From: an uncultured Candidatus Poseidoniales archaeon
GTDB taxonomy: Archaea; Thermoplasmatota; Poseidoniia; Poseidoniales; Thalassarchaeaceae
Length of the DNA stretch: 64,000 nt
Reading direction: 5' to 3'
Assembly (NCBI GenBank): GCA_964645485.1
Contig: CAZXZO010000007.1
Coordinates: forward strand, 441 to 64,440
Position numbers and translations under genes: made by a program. Under the pieces are notes generated by a model, which saw nothing but the letters and a program-made list of their open reading frames with translations, did not search any database and was not told where the DNA came from. Below, piece by piece: positions 1 to 8,996 of this stretch (the first letter of the stretch is position 1; the number at the start of each line of letters is the position of its first letter).

Positions 1-3000
1 TGGCGGTCAGAATCTGGAGATTGGAAATTCCTCACTTTTGATTGGCCTCACAATCTTTCTGGCAATGGTGCAATCGTGATAGATGTAGATTGGCCAGATA
101 ATATTTACACCGATGTGGATGTAATTTGGATGTCGGAAAATGGCCATCCATATTCGTTAGAAGACCCGGTTGCTTATGGCCAATACAATTTAGTCCCAGA
201 AGTTTATTCAGAAAACAAGGATATGGGTTCAGGAAAATATCGGTGGCAAACTTCTACTGGGGGTAGCCATGAAATTTTGGTAGCAGATGCCACGCCTGGA
301 ATGAAACAGATGATGTTACATTCAATTCGTCACGGTGTGAACACCAATGATAATCCTCTGAATATTAGCGTAGGGCTAGTGAACGCAATCAATGGTTCAC
401 TGTCCAAAGTAGTGAGTGATTGGGCTGATGCAGACGGAGAGGAAGTCATTACAATTGGTGCTACTTTACCTCTAAATGTTTCATCAATTGAAGGATTTGG
501 TTGGACTCGCCCTGTATTACTTCCGTCAGAAACTGCTACTCAAGATACCCCAGGAAATTGGGGCTCTTCTGGATATTCTCACCAAATAGATGTACAGAAT
601 GCTGAACTTTTGAAAATTGAAATAGATTCATTGTCTCCTCGGACTGATTTGGATTTAGCCCTTTATCGAGATAAAAATAATAACGGTGTAATTGATTATG
701 GTAGTGAGCAAATTGATGTTAGTGGGAATTGGAATTCTGATGAGGAAATTCTCGTTGAATCGCCAACTTCGGGGACATGGTGGGCGGTAGTCCATGGATT
801 TGATGTCCCCAATGGCACAGCTTCTTTTTGGTTAAGAGAAACAATAATTGCTGGAGATTCCCTTTCTGTTGGGAATATTTCAACACTTAACTCCTCACAA
901 ATTAGTGCTAGATTTTCAAACGGAACCAGTGCTCTTGGAGGGATGGTTCCAGTCAGCGCTTTTGATGTAAATATCAGTTACGAAATGCCTGAAATGGCAG
1001 GGAATTGGCAAGGTTTTCTTGTTGTTAATTTAGATTCAGGCGGTTCTATACGGCTAAGTTATGATTACCAATTAGATGAATTGGTTCCAATTTTGGACTT
1101 CATAACTCCCCTCAATTTAACGAGAACAAATCAATCAATCCCTCTGAGTTTAGAAGCCCATGATTTTGGTAGCGGTTTCAATTTATCTTCATTGAAACTC
1201 GATACTCAACCCCAAGTAGATTGGAATAATGCATCATTTACTCTTGAGGCAATTTCTGAAAGGGGAGGTGATTCGACTGATTATGCCGAATCTTGGATGC
1301 ATTGGAATACTGCAATTAATAAATCTCTAGGCTCTCATTACCGCGAATCATCGGGATTAGTAATTATTGAGGCTGAGAATCCTACCTCGACTGCCGATGG
1401 TTCAGATCCTTCAGCACCATCTTGGCGATTAGAACCCTCATCAAATTCCAGTCTAAACAATTTCTTGACTACTGATAGTGATACTGGTTGGAGTGCAACA
1501 AATACCGATTCCGGGCCTCGATTGGATTACTCTATAGATTTCAACACCACGGGTACGTTTTATCTTTGGATTAGAATGAAGGCACCTGATGTTGATGGTA
1601 ATGCGGTTCATATTGGAATTAACGGCTCCGCTATTACTTCTGTTCCTGATGGAATGTATACTAATACATTTGATAGTTGGGAATGGACTAATATGGCATT
1701 GGATGGGAGTCAATCAAACCCAGTCCAGTTTGAGATAACTAATCCAGGGGTACATACAATCAACATTTGGGCTTCGAAGGATGGCGTTGCAATAGATGAA
1801 TTATTGTTAACAGATTCATGGAGTTCCACTCCAATGAATGTTGTAACGTCACAATCACCCATTGTTGACTTGACCTTACGTTCTGCTTGGTTAAATCTAT
1901 CACTCCCGGAGGATAATGGATGGAGGACTTTCTCAGCAGAAGTAATCGATGTTGCTCGAAGAGAAAACACCTCTAATTTGATGGTCGAATTTGATGATTT
2001 AGCACCTCCAATTATAATTTCAGGCTGGAATTTCTTATCCAATACTTCGATAATGCCGATTAATGTTCAAACTGATATCGGCAGCCAATTATGGCTGAAT
2101 GGTTCTCTCATAGAAATCAATGAAACAGGGTTTGGCGAAATTGAGTTAGTCCATCACCCATCTTATTGGGTTAATGGAAACGGAGACCCAATGAACGCTA
2201 CAACTTGGAATTGGGCTGATTTAAACAATTTTGTAATCACTGCTAAAGACTTGGCTGGCAATTGGAATAACCGAGAGTTTGAGGTGGCATATGATGGCTG
2301 GGGTGCACATAATAATGGACCGGAACCACAAATTATCCTAGCAAGTTATTCGGGTATTTCTGATGGTGATTTTTGGTCAGTTGAAGGACTACTGCCCCCT
2401 GACCGACTAAACGCCAAGCAGACGCCATTACGAGTGAATGTAGATGCCTACTTCGATACTAAGCAAGTTTGTGCTTACTTCATTGATGAAGATGGAGTTG
2501 AACAGACTTCATCTTGCCTATCAAAATCCTCGCCTCCATGGGGTTCAAACGATTCTAATCATATGCGTCAAGGCGCGCCTCTCCCTCCATCAAACATTCA
2601 TATCCCCTTTTCAATAGAGGTAAACCATTCAGGAATCAATGATGGTCGATGGCAAATATTTGTTGAAACTTTAGACTGGGCTGGAAACTGGGGTTGGGAG
2701 AACTTTACTTTGTTGATAGACAGAACGGCACCAGAAATTGAATGGATTTCACCCTTAGATAATTCTACAATTTGGAATCATAAATTGCCAATTAAATGGA
2801 ATATTTCAGAAATATCTGATCAATCTCTTGTGGTTGATGGTGTAGTTGTGGAAGATTTTTCGTCTGGAGATTTAACTATGGATACTGAAGTCACATTATC
2901 TGAAACAGGTTGGCACCAACTGTGTGTCCTCGCTTCTGATTTGAGTATTGGACCTTCAGCAAATGTGGTGACTGATTGTATTGATATTTACTTAACTCCG

Positions 3001-4188
3001 GAGGCTTATGAGCCAACCGTCACAGCAACTTGGGATGGTAGCTTACTGAATGATTCAAACCAATTTGTAGATTTGCATATCGGTCCAGAACAAGGTTGGT
3101 CTCTACAAATTTGGGATGGTTCCTCTTGGGTAATTCAGAATGGGTCTGAACTCTCAAGTGGTGACTTAATCGTGAGTGTTGTATTACAAGAAGGTAACAA
3201 TTCTCTGAAATTTGAGGTAGAAGCATTGGAGAAAATGTACGTTTTTGAGTTGTCTGCAATTCTTGACAGCCGTCCACCCCACCTAACAATTTCTTCACCA
3301 ATAAATGGATTTTCAATCCCGTTTATGCAGTGGAACGTAACAGGTGAGTGTGAAGTTGGATTAACTGTTGTAATTCAATTGGCTTCGGGGTCAAACTATT
3401 CAACAGAATGTAATTTCGAAGGTGAATATTTTGCATTAGTAGATTTCTTAGGTGGTGAAGGTTTTGAAACAATAACTGTCCAAAGTTGGGATAATGCTGA
3501 GAATTTAGCAGTGTCGTCTCATACTATTTTGATAGACAGAACTGCTCCTCAAGCAATTCTGCAATGGATAAAGCCAGGCTGCGATGTACAGCCTGTTTCA
3601 ACTGTATTCGACCCTAGTCCAAAACCATCTTGTGTTCTTGTCTTGAGAGCAGATTTCCTTGACCCAGATATTGCCTTTTGGTCAATATCTATTGAGAAGG
3701 ATAGGCAATTTATAACCTCACAAATGGGTGGTCATTCCCAATCAAACGTTGTTATTATTGATCTAGGGGATGAAGGTAGTCCAGGTACTTGGAGTGCTGA
3801 ATTGATAGTTGAGGATGCGGCAGGAAATCGCCAAATTTATTCTTTGGATGATGTATTTGTCTCACAAGAATCTACTTTATCCTCACGGGCTTCAACACCT
3901 GGTTCCTTTGCGAATATCTCCTTATTTGTATTGACTTTAGTTGCTTACATGATTATTCGAAATAGGAGACGCCAAATTGATGACCCTTGGCAAAGCCAGA
4001 TGCCTACTCCACTAGACCCTGAATTATTACTCGATGAAGAGGAAGATAGTGCCGATGAATTAGAGTTGGATGAACTTTCAATTCCTTCAAGCCATGGTCC
4101 AGTTGGGGGACCTCCTTCTAGTGAAGAAGAGATGGCAATTGCGGATGCGACAATTTTGCAAAAAGTCAAGGATAACAAGAACAAATAG
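1..4188 (+). CDS. Giant cell-surface protein, 5' end outside the window (PPC-type domain, lectin/CBM-like module, stacked Ig-like modules, C-terminal TM anchor plus acidic tail)
   Basis: Frame 1 has no stop from base 1 to the GTG at 76, so the gene enters from upstream; stop TAG at 4186-4188. PPC-like segment HQIDVQNAELLKIEIDSLSPRTDLDLALYRD...GTWWAVVHGFD. Lectin-like segment GTFYLWIRMKAPDVDGNAVHIGINGS...WEWTN. Repeated module openers DDLAPPIIISG, LIDRTAPEIEWISP, LDSRPPHLTISSP, LIDRTAPQAILQW. TM FANISLFVLTLVAYMII followed by RNRRRQ. More than 20 N-x-S/T sequons counted by eye in the first ~750 aa. Confidence 0.85.
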   Translation, partial: WRSESGDWKFLTFDWPHNLSGNGAIVIDVDWPDNIYTDVDVIWMSENGHPYSLEDPVAYGQYNLVPEVYSENKDMGSGKYRWQTSTGGSHEILVADATPGMKQMMLHSIRHGVNTNDNPLNISVGLVNAINGSLSKVVSDWADADGEEVITIGATLPLNVSSIEGFGWTRPVLLPSETATQDTPGNWGSSGYSHQIDVQNAELLKIEIDSLSPRTDLDLALYRDKNNNGVIDYGSEQIDVSGNWNSDEEILVESPTSGTWWAVVHGFDVPNGTASFWLRETIIAGDSLSVGNISTLNSSQISARFSNGTSALGGMVPVSAFDVNISYEMPEMAGNWQGFLVVNLDSGGSIRLSYDYQLDELVPILDFITPLNLTRTNQSIPLSLEAHDFGSGFNLSSLKLDTQPQVDWNNASFTLEAISERGGDSTDYAESWMHWNTAINKSLGSHYRESSGLVIIEAENPTSTADGSDPSAPSWRLEPSSNSSLNNFLTTDSDTGWSATNTDSGPRLDYSIDFNTTGTFYLWIRMKAPDVDGNAVHIGINGSAITSVPDGMYTNTFDSWEWTNMALDGSQSNPVQFEITNPGVHTINIWASKDGVAIDELLLTDSWSSTPMNVVTSQSPIVDLTLRSAWLNLSLPEDNGWRTFSAEVIDVARRENTSNLMVEFDDLAPPIIISGWNFLSNTSIMPINVQTDIGSQLWLNGSLIEINETGFGEIELVHHPSYWVNGNGDPMNATTWNWADLNNFVITAKDLAGNWNNREFEVAYDGWGAHNNGPEPQIILASYSGISDGDFWSVEGLLPPDRLNAKQTPLRVNVDAYFDTKQVCAYFIDEDGVEQTSSCLSKSSPPWGSNDSNHMRQGAPLPPSNIHIPFSIEVNHSGINDGRWQIFVETLDWAGNWGWENFTLLIDRTAPEIEWISPLDNSTIWNHKLPIKWNISEISDQSLVVDGVVVEDFSSGDLTMDTEVTLSETGWHQLCVLASDLSIGPSANVVTDCIDIYLTPEAYEPTVTATWDGSLLNDSNQFVDLHIGPEQGWSLQIWDGSSWVIQNGSELSSGDLIVSVVLQEGNNSLKFEVEALEKMYVFELSAILDSRPPHLTISSPINGFSIPFMQWNVTGECEVGLTVVIQLASGSNYSTECNFEGEYFALVDFLGGEGFETITVQSWDNAENLAVSSHTILIDRTAPQAILQWIKPGCDVQPVSTVFDPSPKPSCVLVLRADFLDPDIAFWSISIEKDRQFITSQMGGHSQSNVVIIDLGDEGSPGTWSAELIVEDAAGNRQIYSLDDVFVSQESTLSSRASTPGSFANISLFVLTLVAYMIIRNRRRQIDDPWQSQMPTPLDPELLLDEEEDSADELELDELSIPSSHGPVGGPPSSEEEMAIADATILQKVKDNKNK

Positions 4189-4204
4189 ACAAAAATATGA
4201 AACC

Positions 4205-7200
4205 ATGAAAATATGGGGAGTGGCCATGAGAAAGCAAAGAAGGTCTGCGGTCTTTACATCACTTTTGATGTTGTCATCCATCCTGACTGTTGGATTGGCA
4301 GCAGGATTAGATGGAGATAATGATGGAATTGATGACGCCGTTGATGATTGTCCATACGCCTGGGGCAATAGCAGTATAGATTTCACAGGTTGCCCAGATT
4401 CTGATGGGGATGGAAATCCCGATACAGTCGGTGCATGGGAAGGTGATTGGACAGAATCTAGCAGGTCACTATACGACAATTCTGGTTCATCTAGAGCCAT
4501 AGCGTGGGCATCCGACTCAGTTCACCTAGTCGGTAGCGGTGGAGGAAATGTAATCCTTTACAATGGCGCAGGTGCTAAAATATCTACACTGGTGTCGATT
4601 AGTGAAAACGTCAGAAGTTTAGATTTCACTGCAAACGACTCCTATCTGGCTGTTAGCGGATATTACGATAATTCTCAGAACCATGCATGGGTTCTGGTTT
4701 TAGAAATGGATTGGCCAACAAAAACCGCAACTGTAATCCAAAATCTAAGTTCCCAACATTCAGGTGACGTCTTTGCAGTCGAATGGTCAAATAATGGGGA
4801 CTATCTCTACACCGCTGGTGCTGATAACCTAATCAGAAAATTCGCCACGAATAATTGGACATTGGTTGATAGTTATAGCCGGTTAGACCAAATTTACAAC
4901 ATTGCAATTAGTCCAGATGACCGATTAATAGCAAGTGTGCATGGTTACGAAGTCTCCGTGTTTTGGACAAGTAATGGTACTGTATTTTTTAATCATGTAA
5001 ATCATTCTGGAATTACTCTCGCAGTAGCATTTAGTCCAGACGGTAAATGGGTGGTGACAGGTTCAGATGATACTTGGATTCATGTCTACAACACAACTAG
5101 TGGGAACCGACACACAGGTTGGGATGCTGGTTCTAGGGATATTAATCAAATTTCATTTGACCCAACTGGAAGCTTTTTTGTAGTTGCAAATGATGGTTAT
5201 AGTGGATATGTTTACCAAACAAGTGATTGGACCTACATCGATAATTTTGGGAGTTTTGGCACCTCTAACCAAAATCGCGGAACAAGGGCAGTGGAGTGGT
5301 CTCCTGATGGTTTGAAGATTGGTTTCGGCCAAAATAGAGGTAGGACAGCGGTTTACATTTTACCGGAGGGCCATCATCAACTGAAAGGCGATGTCACATC
5401 ACAATTGATGCTCAACCGTTGGAGATACAACTATCTGATGGAAGGTAAGCCATTATCACAAGAAAACCAAACAACCTCACAAATGACTCAAAATCTATGT
5501 AATGGGGAGGACATCATAGGTGCTAATTATTCGTTCAAAGAGAACCTTGCTAATCCCTTTGCAAATTATTCAACTTCCGGGCTGTTAGACTGCACATCCA
5601 CAAATAGAGAATTGTTAGAAGTTCCAATCGGCAGAATGCCTGCATCTTTCTTTGTTAAATCAGGTGGTCAGGCAGAAGCTTGTCTAAAGAGAATTGGAGG
5701 GCTGTCAATGGCCCAATTGAGGTATTTGGTTTCAGATGCTAGTGTTTCAACATTGGCTCAACCTGGATGGGCACCCGGTATGATCTGGGCGAGCATCGTT
5801 CCAAACGACGACTCTGACGGCGTGAAGGAATGGAGTGATTTCGACTCCTCCTGTCCTCAAGAAGGAATACACGTTTACCAAAGATGGGATAACCGTTCAG
5901 TTCCGATGATGATTGGGCGTCTCCTGACTTGTGCAGGTTGTCAATTTGAAGAGGATTTCTTTTCTAGTACGAGTTCACGCTACAGATTCACTGAACAAAC
6001 AAGGAGTGACATACTTTACGCAGTATCTCAAAATGATGAATCAATTGGATTTACCGAAATGAGGGCTGCAGAAAATTATTCTGGAATTTGGATAGTGCCT
6101 ATCGCTGATAATTGGACGCATAGTGCAAAAGACCACATCGCTGCCGGCGGAGTCACAATTTCACCCTCATTTGACAACAGTTCTAACGGAACTTATCCTG
6201 TACAATCCGACTACAACTTCATTCTGAACCGCGCTCAACAAGATGATCGGATGATGTTGATGAATTGGATGTTAAGTGATGCTGGTCAGAATGAGTGGGA
6301 TAGTATGGGTTTTGTCCGACTTGGGATTCTCGCAAGAGTAGATGCTTGGGCCAGATTGGGTGTTGATGCAACCGCTCTTCTCCCAGATACTGATGGTGAT
6401 GAAATATGGGATGGTGACGATGACTGTCCTGGTACTTGGACTGGATGGCAAGTTGATGCTGTGGGTTGTGCCCAACACCAAATTGATTCCGATGGTGACG
6501 GATACTACAATCATGAAGATGATTGTGTAAACGTTAGTGGTTCATCACTATGGCCAGAACTAGGTTGTATCGATTCAGACGGTGATGGCTGGACCAATTC
6601 TTCAGATAGTTTCCCATCCGACTTTAGTCAATGGGCTGACAATGATAGTGATGGTTATGGGGATAATTTATCGGGGTTGAATGCGGATGATTGCCCTCTT
6701 TTCGCTGGTAATTCTACCAATGATAGACTTGGTTGTGCAGACACTGACGGTGATGGTTGGTCAGATGAAGATGGCGATTGGAGCCTAACTGATGGCGCTG
6801 ACCACTTTCCTAATGATGCCACTCAATGGCGAGATAGTGATGGTGATGGATACGGTGACAATTACTCATTCACTATTGATGAATCTGGTTTGAGAATTCA
6901 AAATGGAGACGCGTTTGATGATGACATCACTCAATGGTCTGACCGCGATGGAGATGGCTTTGGCGACAATGGTATTGGCCAAGCGAGTGACGACTGTCCA
7001 GATGCTGCCGGAACCTCAATGGTTGACAGCGTAGGCTGCCCTGATGATGATGGCGATGGTTACTCAAATACTGCTGATATGTTTCCCAATGAGGTGACAC
7101 AATGGTTCGACACCGATGCCGATGGTTATGGTGATAATTGGGCAGGCGCTAATCCTGACCAATGTGTTGAGACACCATCATTTGAAGTGCCTTACGTTAA

Positions 7201-8110
7201 CGAAGATGGTTGTGGTCCATCAGAAAGAGATTCAGATTCAGATGGTATAATGGATGATATAGACCAATGCCCCTCAACCCCGATTGATCAAGCTGCTTTT
7301 GTAAATATGAATGGTTGCTCAGAAGCAGAAAGTGATGATGATGGAGATGGTGTTTACAACACTATAGACGGCCCAGATGGAATTTACAAGGATGATGCAA
7401 CACAATCAGCAGATAGTGATGGAGACGGCTTCGGAGACAACCCCAACGGGACGGACGGAGACGCTTGTCCTCAAATGCATGGGACTTCCGACAAAGACCG
7501 CCGCGGTTGCCTTGATAGTGATGGTGATGGATACAGTGACCCTGGTGGCGGCTGGGGCATATCTGACGGAGCCGATGCTTGGAAAAATGAGGCAACACAA
7601 TGGTCAGATTTTGATGGTGACGGATATTATGATAATTATGACAATCCTGCTTGGACCGCTTCTCGAGAAGAGGGATGGCCCGGAAAATATGTTGCTGGTG
7701 CTAGAATTGGGGATAAGTGTCCATTGAACGCCTCTGATTCGGCATATCCTGACCCGGGGTGTCCTACAAAACAAGGTACAATCTTAGATTATGGGAATTC
7801 AGATGCATCTGATGGTGGTCTTCCAATAATGCTAATCGTAATCATATTCTTAATTACTTCTGGAATAGTTGGTTTAGTAGTTGCAATTGTTATGAAACAG
7901 CAGAAGCCAAAGAAAAAGAAAAAATCAAGCCAACGTTCACAACAATCGGTGACAGTAGATTCCGCACTTAGTGGGGAGGCTCTAGAACCACCACATTGGG
8001 AAATCCAAGGTGTTGTGGGGGATGATGGGTTTGAGTGGCTTGAATGGCCTGAACAAAGTGATGTCTGGTGGTTCAGAGAAGAGAGTGGCTATTGGGCTCA
8101 ATGGGAATGA
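4205..8110 (+). CDS. Giant membrane-anchored surface protein: signal/anchor, WD40 beta-propeller, PstS-like periplasmic-binding-protein domain, thrombospondin type-3-like Ca-binding repeat array, TM, Lys-run and Trp/acidic tail
   Basis: Start moved from the ORF-track 4070 to ATG 4205 (MKIWGVAMRKQRRSAVFTSLLMLSSILTVGLAAG, signal-like; ATG 4226 also possible). WD40-like blades: VFAVEWSNNGDYLYTAGADNLIRKF, LAVAFSPDGKWVVTGSDDTWIHVYN, INQISFDPTGSFFVVANDG, AVEWSPDGLKIGFG. PBP-like: LSMAQLRYLVSD...IHVYQRWDNRSV...ESIGFTEM...GTYPVQSDYNFILNR...NWMLSDAGQ...GFVRL. D-x-D-x-DG repeats. TM LPIMLIVIIFLITSGIVGLVVAIVM followed by KQQKPKKKKK. Confidence 0.85.
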   Translation: MKIWGVAMRKQRRSAVFTSLLMLSSILTVGLAAGLDGDNDGIDDAVDDCPYAWGNSSIDFTGCPDSDGDGNPDTVGAWEGDWTESSRSLYDNSGSSRAIAWASDSVHLVGSGGGNVILYNGAGAKISTLVSISENVRSLDFTANDSYLAVSGYYDNSQNHAWVLVLEMDWPTKTATVIQNLSSQHSGDVFAVEWSNNGDYLYTAGADNLIRKFATNNWTLVDSYSRLDQIYNIAISPDDRLIASVHGYEVSVFWTSNGTVFFNHVNHSGITLAVAFSPDGKWVVTGSDDTWIHVYNTTSGNRHTGWDAGSRDINQISFDPTGSFFVVANDGYSGYVYQTSDWTYIDNFGSFGTSNQNRGTRAVEWSPDGLKIGFGQNRGRTAVYILPEGHHQLKGDVTSQLMLNRWRYNYLMEGKPLSQENQTTSQMTQNLCNGEDIIGANYSFKENLANPFANYSTSGLLDCTSTNRELLEVPIGRMPASFFVKSGGQAEACLKRIGGLSMAQLRYLVSDASVSTLAQPGWAPGMIWASIVPNDDSDGVKEWSDFDSSCPQEGIHVYQRWDNRSVPMMIGRLLTCAGCQFEEDFFSSTSSRYRFTEQTRSDILYAVSQNDESIGFTEMRAAENYSGIWIVPIADNWTHSAKDHIAAGGVTISPSFDNSSNGTYPVQSDYNFILNRAQQDDRMMLMNWMLSDAGQNEWDSMGFVRLGILARVDAWARLGVDATALLPDTDGDEIWDGDDDCPGTWTGWQVDAVGCAQHQIDSDGDGYYNHEDDCVNVSGSSLWPELGCIDSDGDGWTNSSDSFPSDFSQWADNDSDGYGDNLSGLNADDCPLFAGNSTNDRLGCADTDGDGWSDEDGDWSLTDGADHFPNDATQWRDSDGDGYGDNYSFTIDESGLRIQNGDAFDDDITQWSDRDGDGFGDNGIGQASDDCPDAAGTSMVDSVGCPDDDGDGYSNTADMFPNEVTQWFDTDADGYGDNWAGANPDQCVETPSFEVPYVNEDGCGPSERDSDSDGIMDDIDQCPSTPIDQAAFVNMNGCSEAESDDDGDGVYNTIDGPDGIYKDDATQSADSDGDGFGDNPNGTDGDACPQMHGTSDKDRRGCLDSDGDGYSDPGGGWGISDGADAWKNEATQWSDFDGDGYYDNYDNPAWTASREEGWPGKYVAGARIGDKCPLNASDSAYPDPGCPTKQGTILDYGNSDASDGGLPIMLIVIIFLITSGIVGLVVAIVMKQQKPKKKKKSSQRSQQSVTVDSALSGEALEPPHWEIQGVVGDDGFEWLEWPEQSDVWWFREESGYWAQWE
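6386..7643 (+). repeat. Coding array of 14 thrombospondin type-3-like calcium-binding repeats (DxDxDGxxDxxD, often DSDGDGYGDN, with DDCP...GC spacers)
   Basis: Units read in the translation: DTDGDE, DSDGDGY, DSDGDGW, DNDSDGYGD, DTDGDGW, DSDGDGYGD, DRDGDGFGD, DDDGDGY, DTDADGYGD, DSDSDGI, DDDGDGV, DSDGDGFGD, DSDGDGY, DFDGDGY. Two further units lie near the N-terminus (4310-4430). The gatggtgatgg motif recurs at DNA level. Confidence 0.8.
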
Positions 8111-8147
8111 TGCCAACCGCTATCAATAACTCCTCTCTCGACTAACT

Positions 8148-8996
8148 ATGGGAATTGCGAAGATAGCGGTATTAGGTGCCGGCCAAATGGGCAATGGGAT
8201 TGCTCAGGTTGCTGCATGCGCGGGGTATCAAGTAGTTATGATAGACATAAAACAAGATTTTGTTGATAGAGGATTGGAAAGTATTGAGAACTCACTTGCG
8301 AAGTTAGTTTCAAAGCAACGAATGACACAAGAACAGGCAGATTCAGCCCGGGCAAATATTTCAATTTCTACAGACAAAAATTCTGCGGCAGATGTAGACC
8401 TTGTAGTAGAGGCGATTCCAGAAATCCCAGACCTGAAATTCTCAACATTTGAAGAATTAGATAATATCTGTAAACCAGAAACAATTCTTGCAAGCAATAC
8501 TAGCAGTATCAGCATAGATGAGATTGCGGCTGCAACCAGCCGCCCAAACAAAGTCATCGGAATGCATTTCATGAATCCGGTACCAATTATGAAATTGGTG
8601 GAAGTTATCACAGGTTCAAAAACAGATGAAGAAGTATCTTCTTTGGTGGTAGAAGCAGCTGAAAGAATGGGCAAAATTGCATTGTGTTGTAAAGATTCAC
8701 CGGGATTCATCTCAAACAGATTGTTATGCCCGATGCTAAATGAAGCAGTTCTAACTCTTCAAGAAGGGATTGCTGAGCCTGAGGCAATTGATGGAATTAT
8801 GAAATTAGGAATGAACCACCCTATCGGGCCACTTGCCCTATGTGATTTGATTGGGCTTGACACAGTTCTTCACATTATGACAGTACTTCATGAGGGGTTC
8901 GGGGATGACAAATATGCTCCCGCCGATTTGCTAAAACAAATGGTAGAGCAAGGAAAACTTGGTCGTAAAAGTGGTGAAGGATTCTACTCCTATTAA
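8148..8996 (+). CDS. hbd: 3-hydroxybutyryl-CoA / 3-hydroxyacyl-CoA dehydrogenase (NAD-binding)
   Basis: N-terminal Rossmann KIAVLGAGQMGNGIAQVAA; NTSSISI; GMHFMNPVPIMKLVEV; PGFISNRLL; GMNHPIGPLALCDLIGLD; length 282 aa. Confidence 0.92.
   Translation: MGIAKIAVLGAGQMGNGIAQVAACAGYQVVMIDIKQDFVDRGLESIENSLAKLVSKQRMTQEQADSARANISISTDKNSAADVDLVVEAIPEIPDLKFSTFEELDNICKPETILASNTSSISIDEIAAATSRPNKVIGMHFMNPVPIMKLVEVITGSKTDEEVSSLVVEAAERMGKIALCCKDSPGFISNRLLCPMLNEAVLTLQEGIAEPEAIDGIMKLGMNHPIGPLALCDLIGLDTVLHIMTVLHEGFGDDKYAPADLLKQMVEQGKLGRKSGEGFYSY

Noticed and set aside
4070-4204. ORF-track N-terminal extension of the second giant gene, overlapping the last 119 nt of the first giant gene
   Set aside because: The extension encodes a non-signal, Lys/Arg-rich sequence. 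A convincing signal/anchor (MKIWGVAMRKQRRSAVFTSLLMLSSILTVGLAAG) starts at ATG 4205, just after the upstream stop. The overlap is an artefact of taking the longest ORF.
6386-7643. Repetitive DNA, checked as a possible CRISPR array or satellite
   Set aside because: The repeats are degenerate, in frame, and translate to Ca-binding D-x-D-x-DG units inside one long ORF. There is no repeat-spacer regularity and there are no cas genes.
7907-7924. A-rich runs encoding Lys tracts (7907-7924, also 17062-17079), considered as slippery or phase-variable sites
   Set aside because: The runs are interrupted by G and are in frame. They sit exactly after TM helices, where a positive-inside stop-transfer cluster is expected, so no regulatory explanation is needed.
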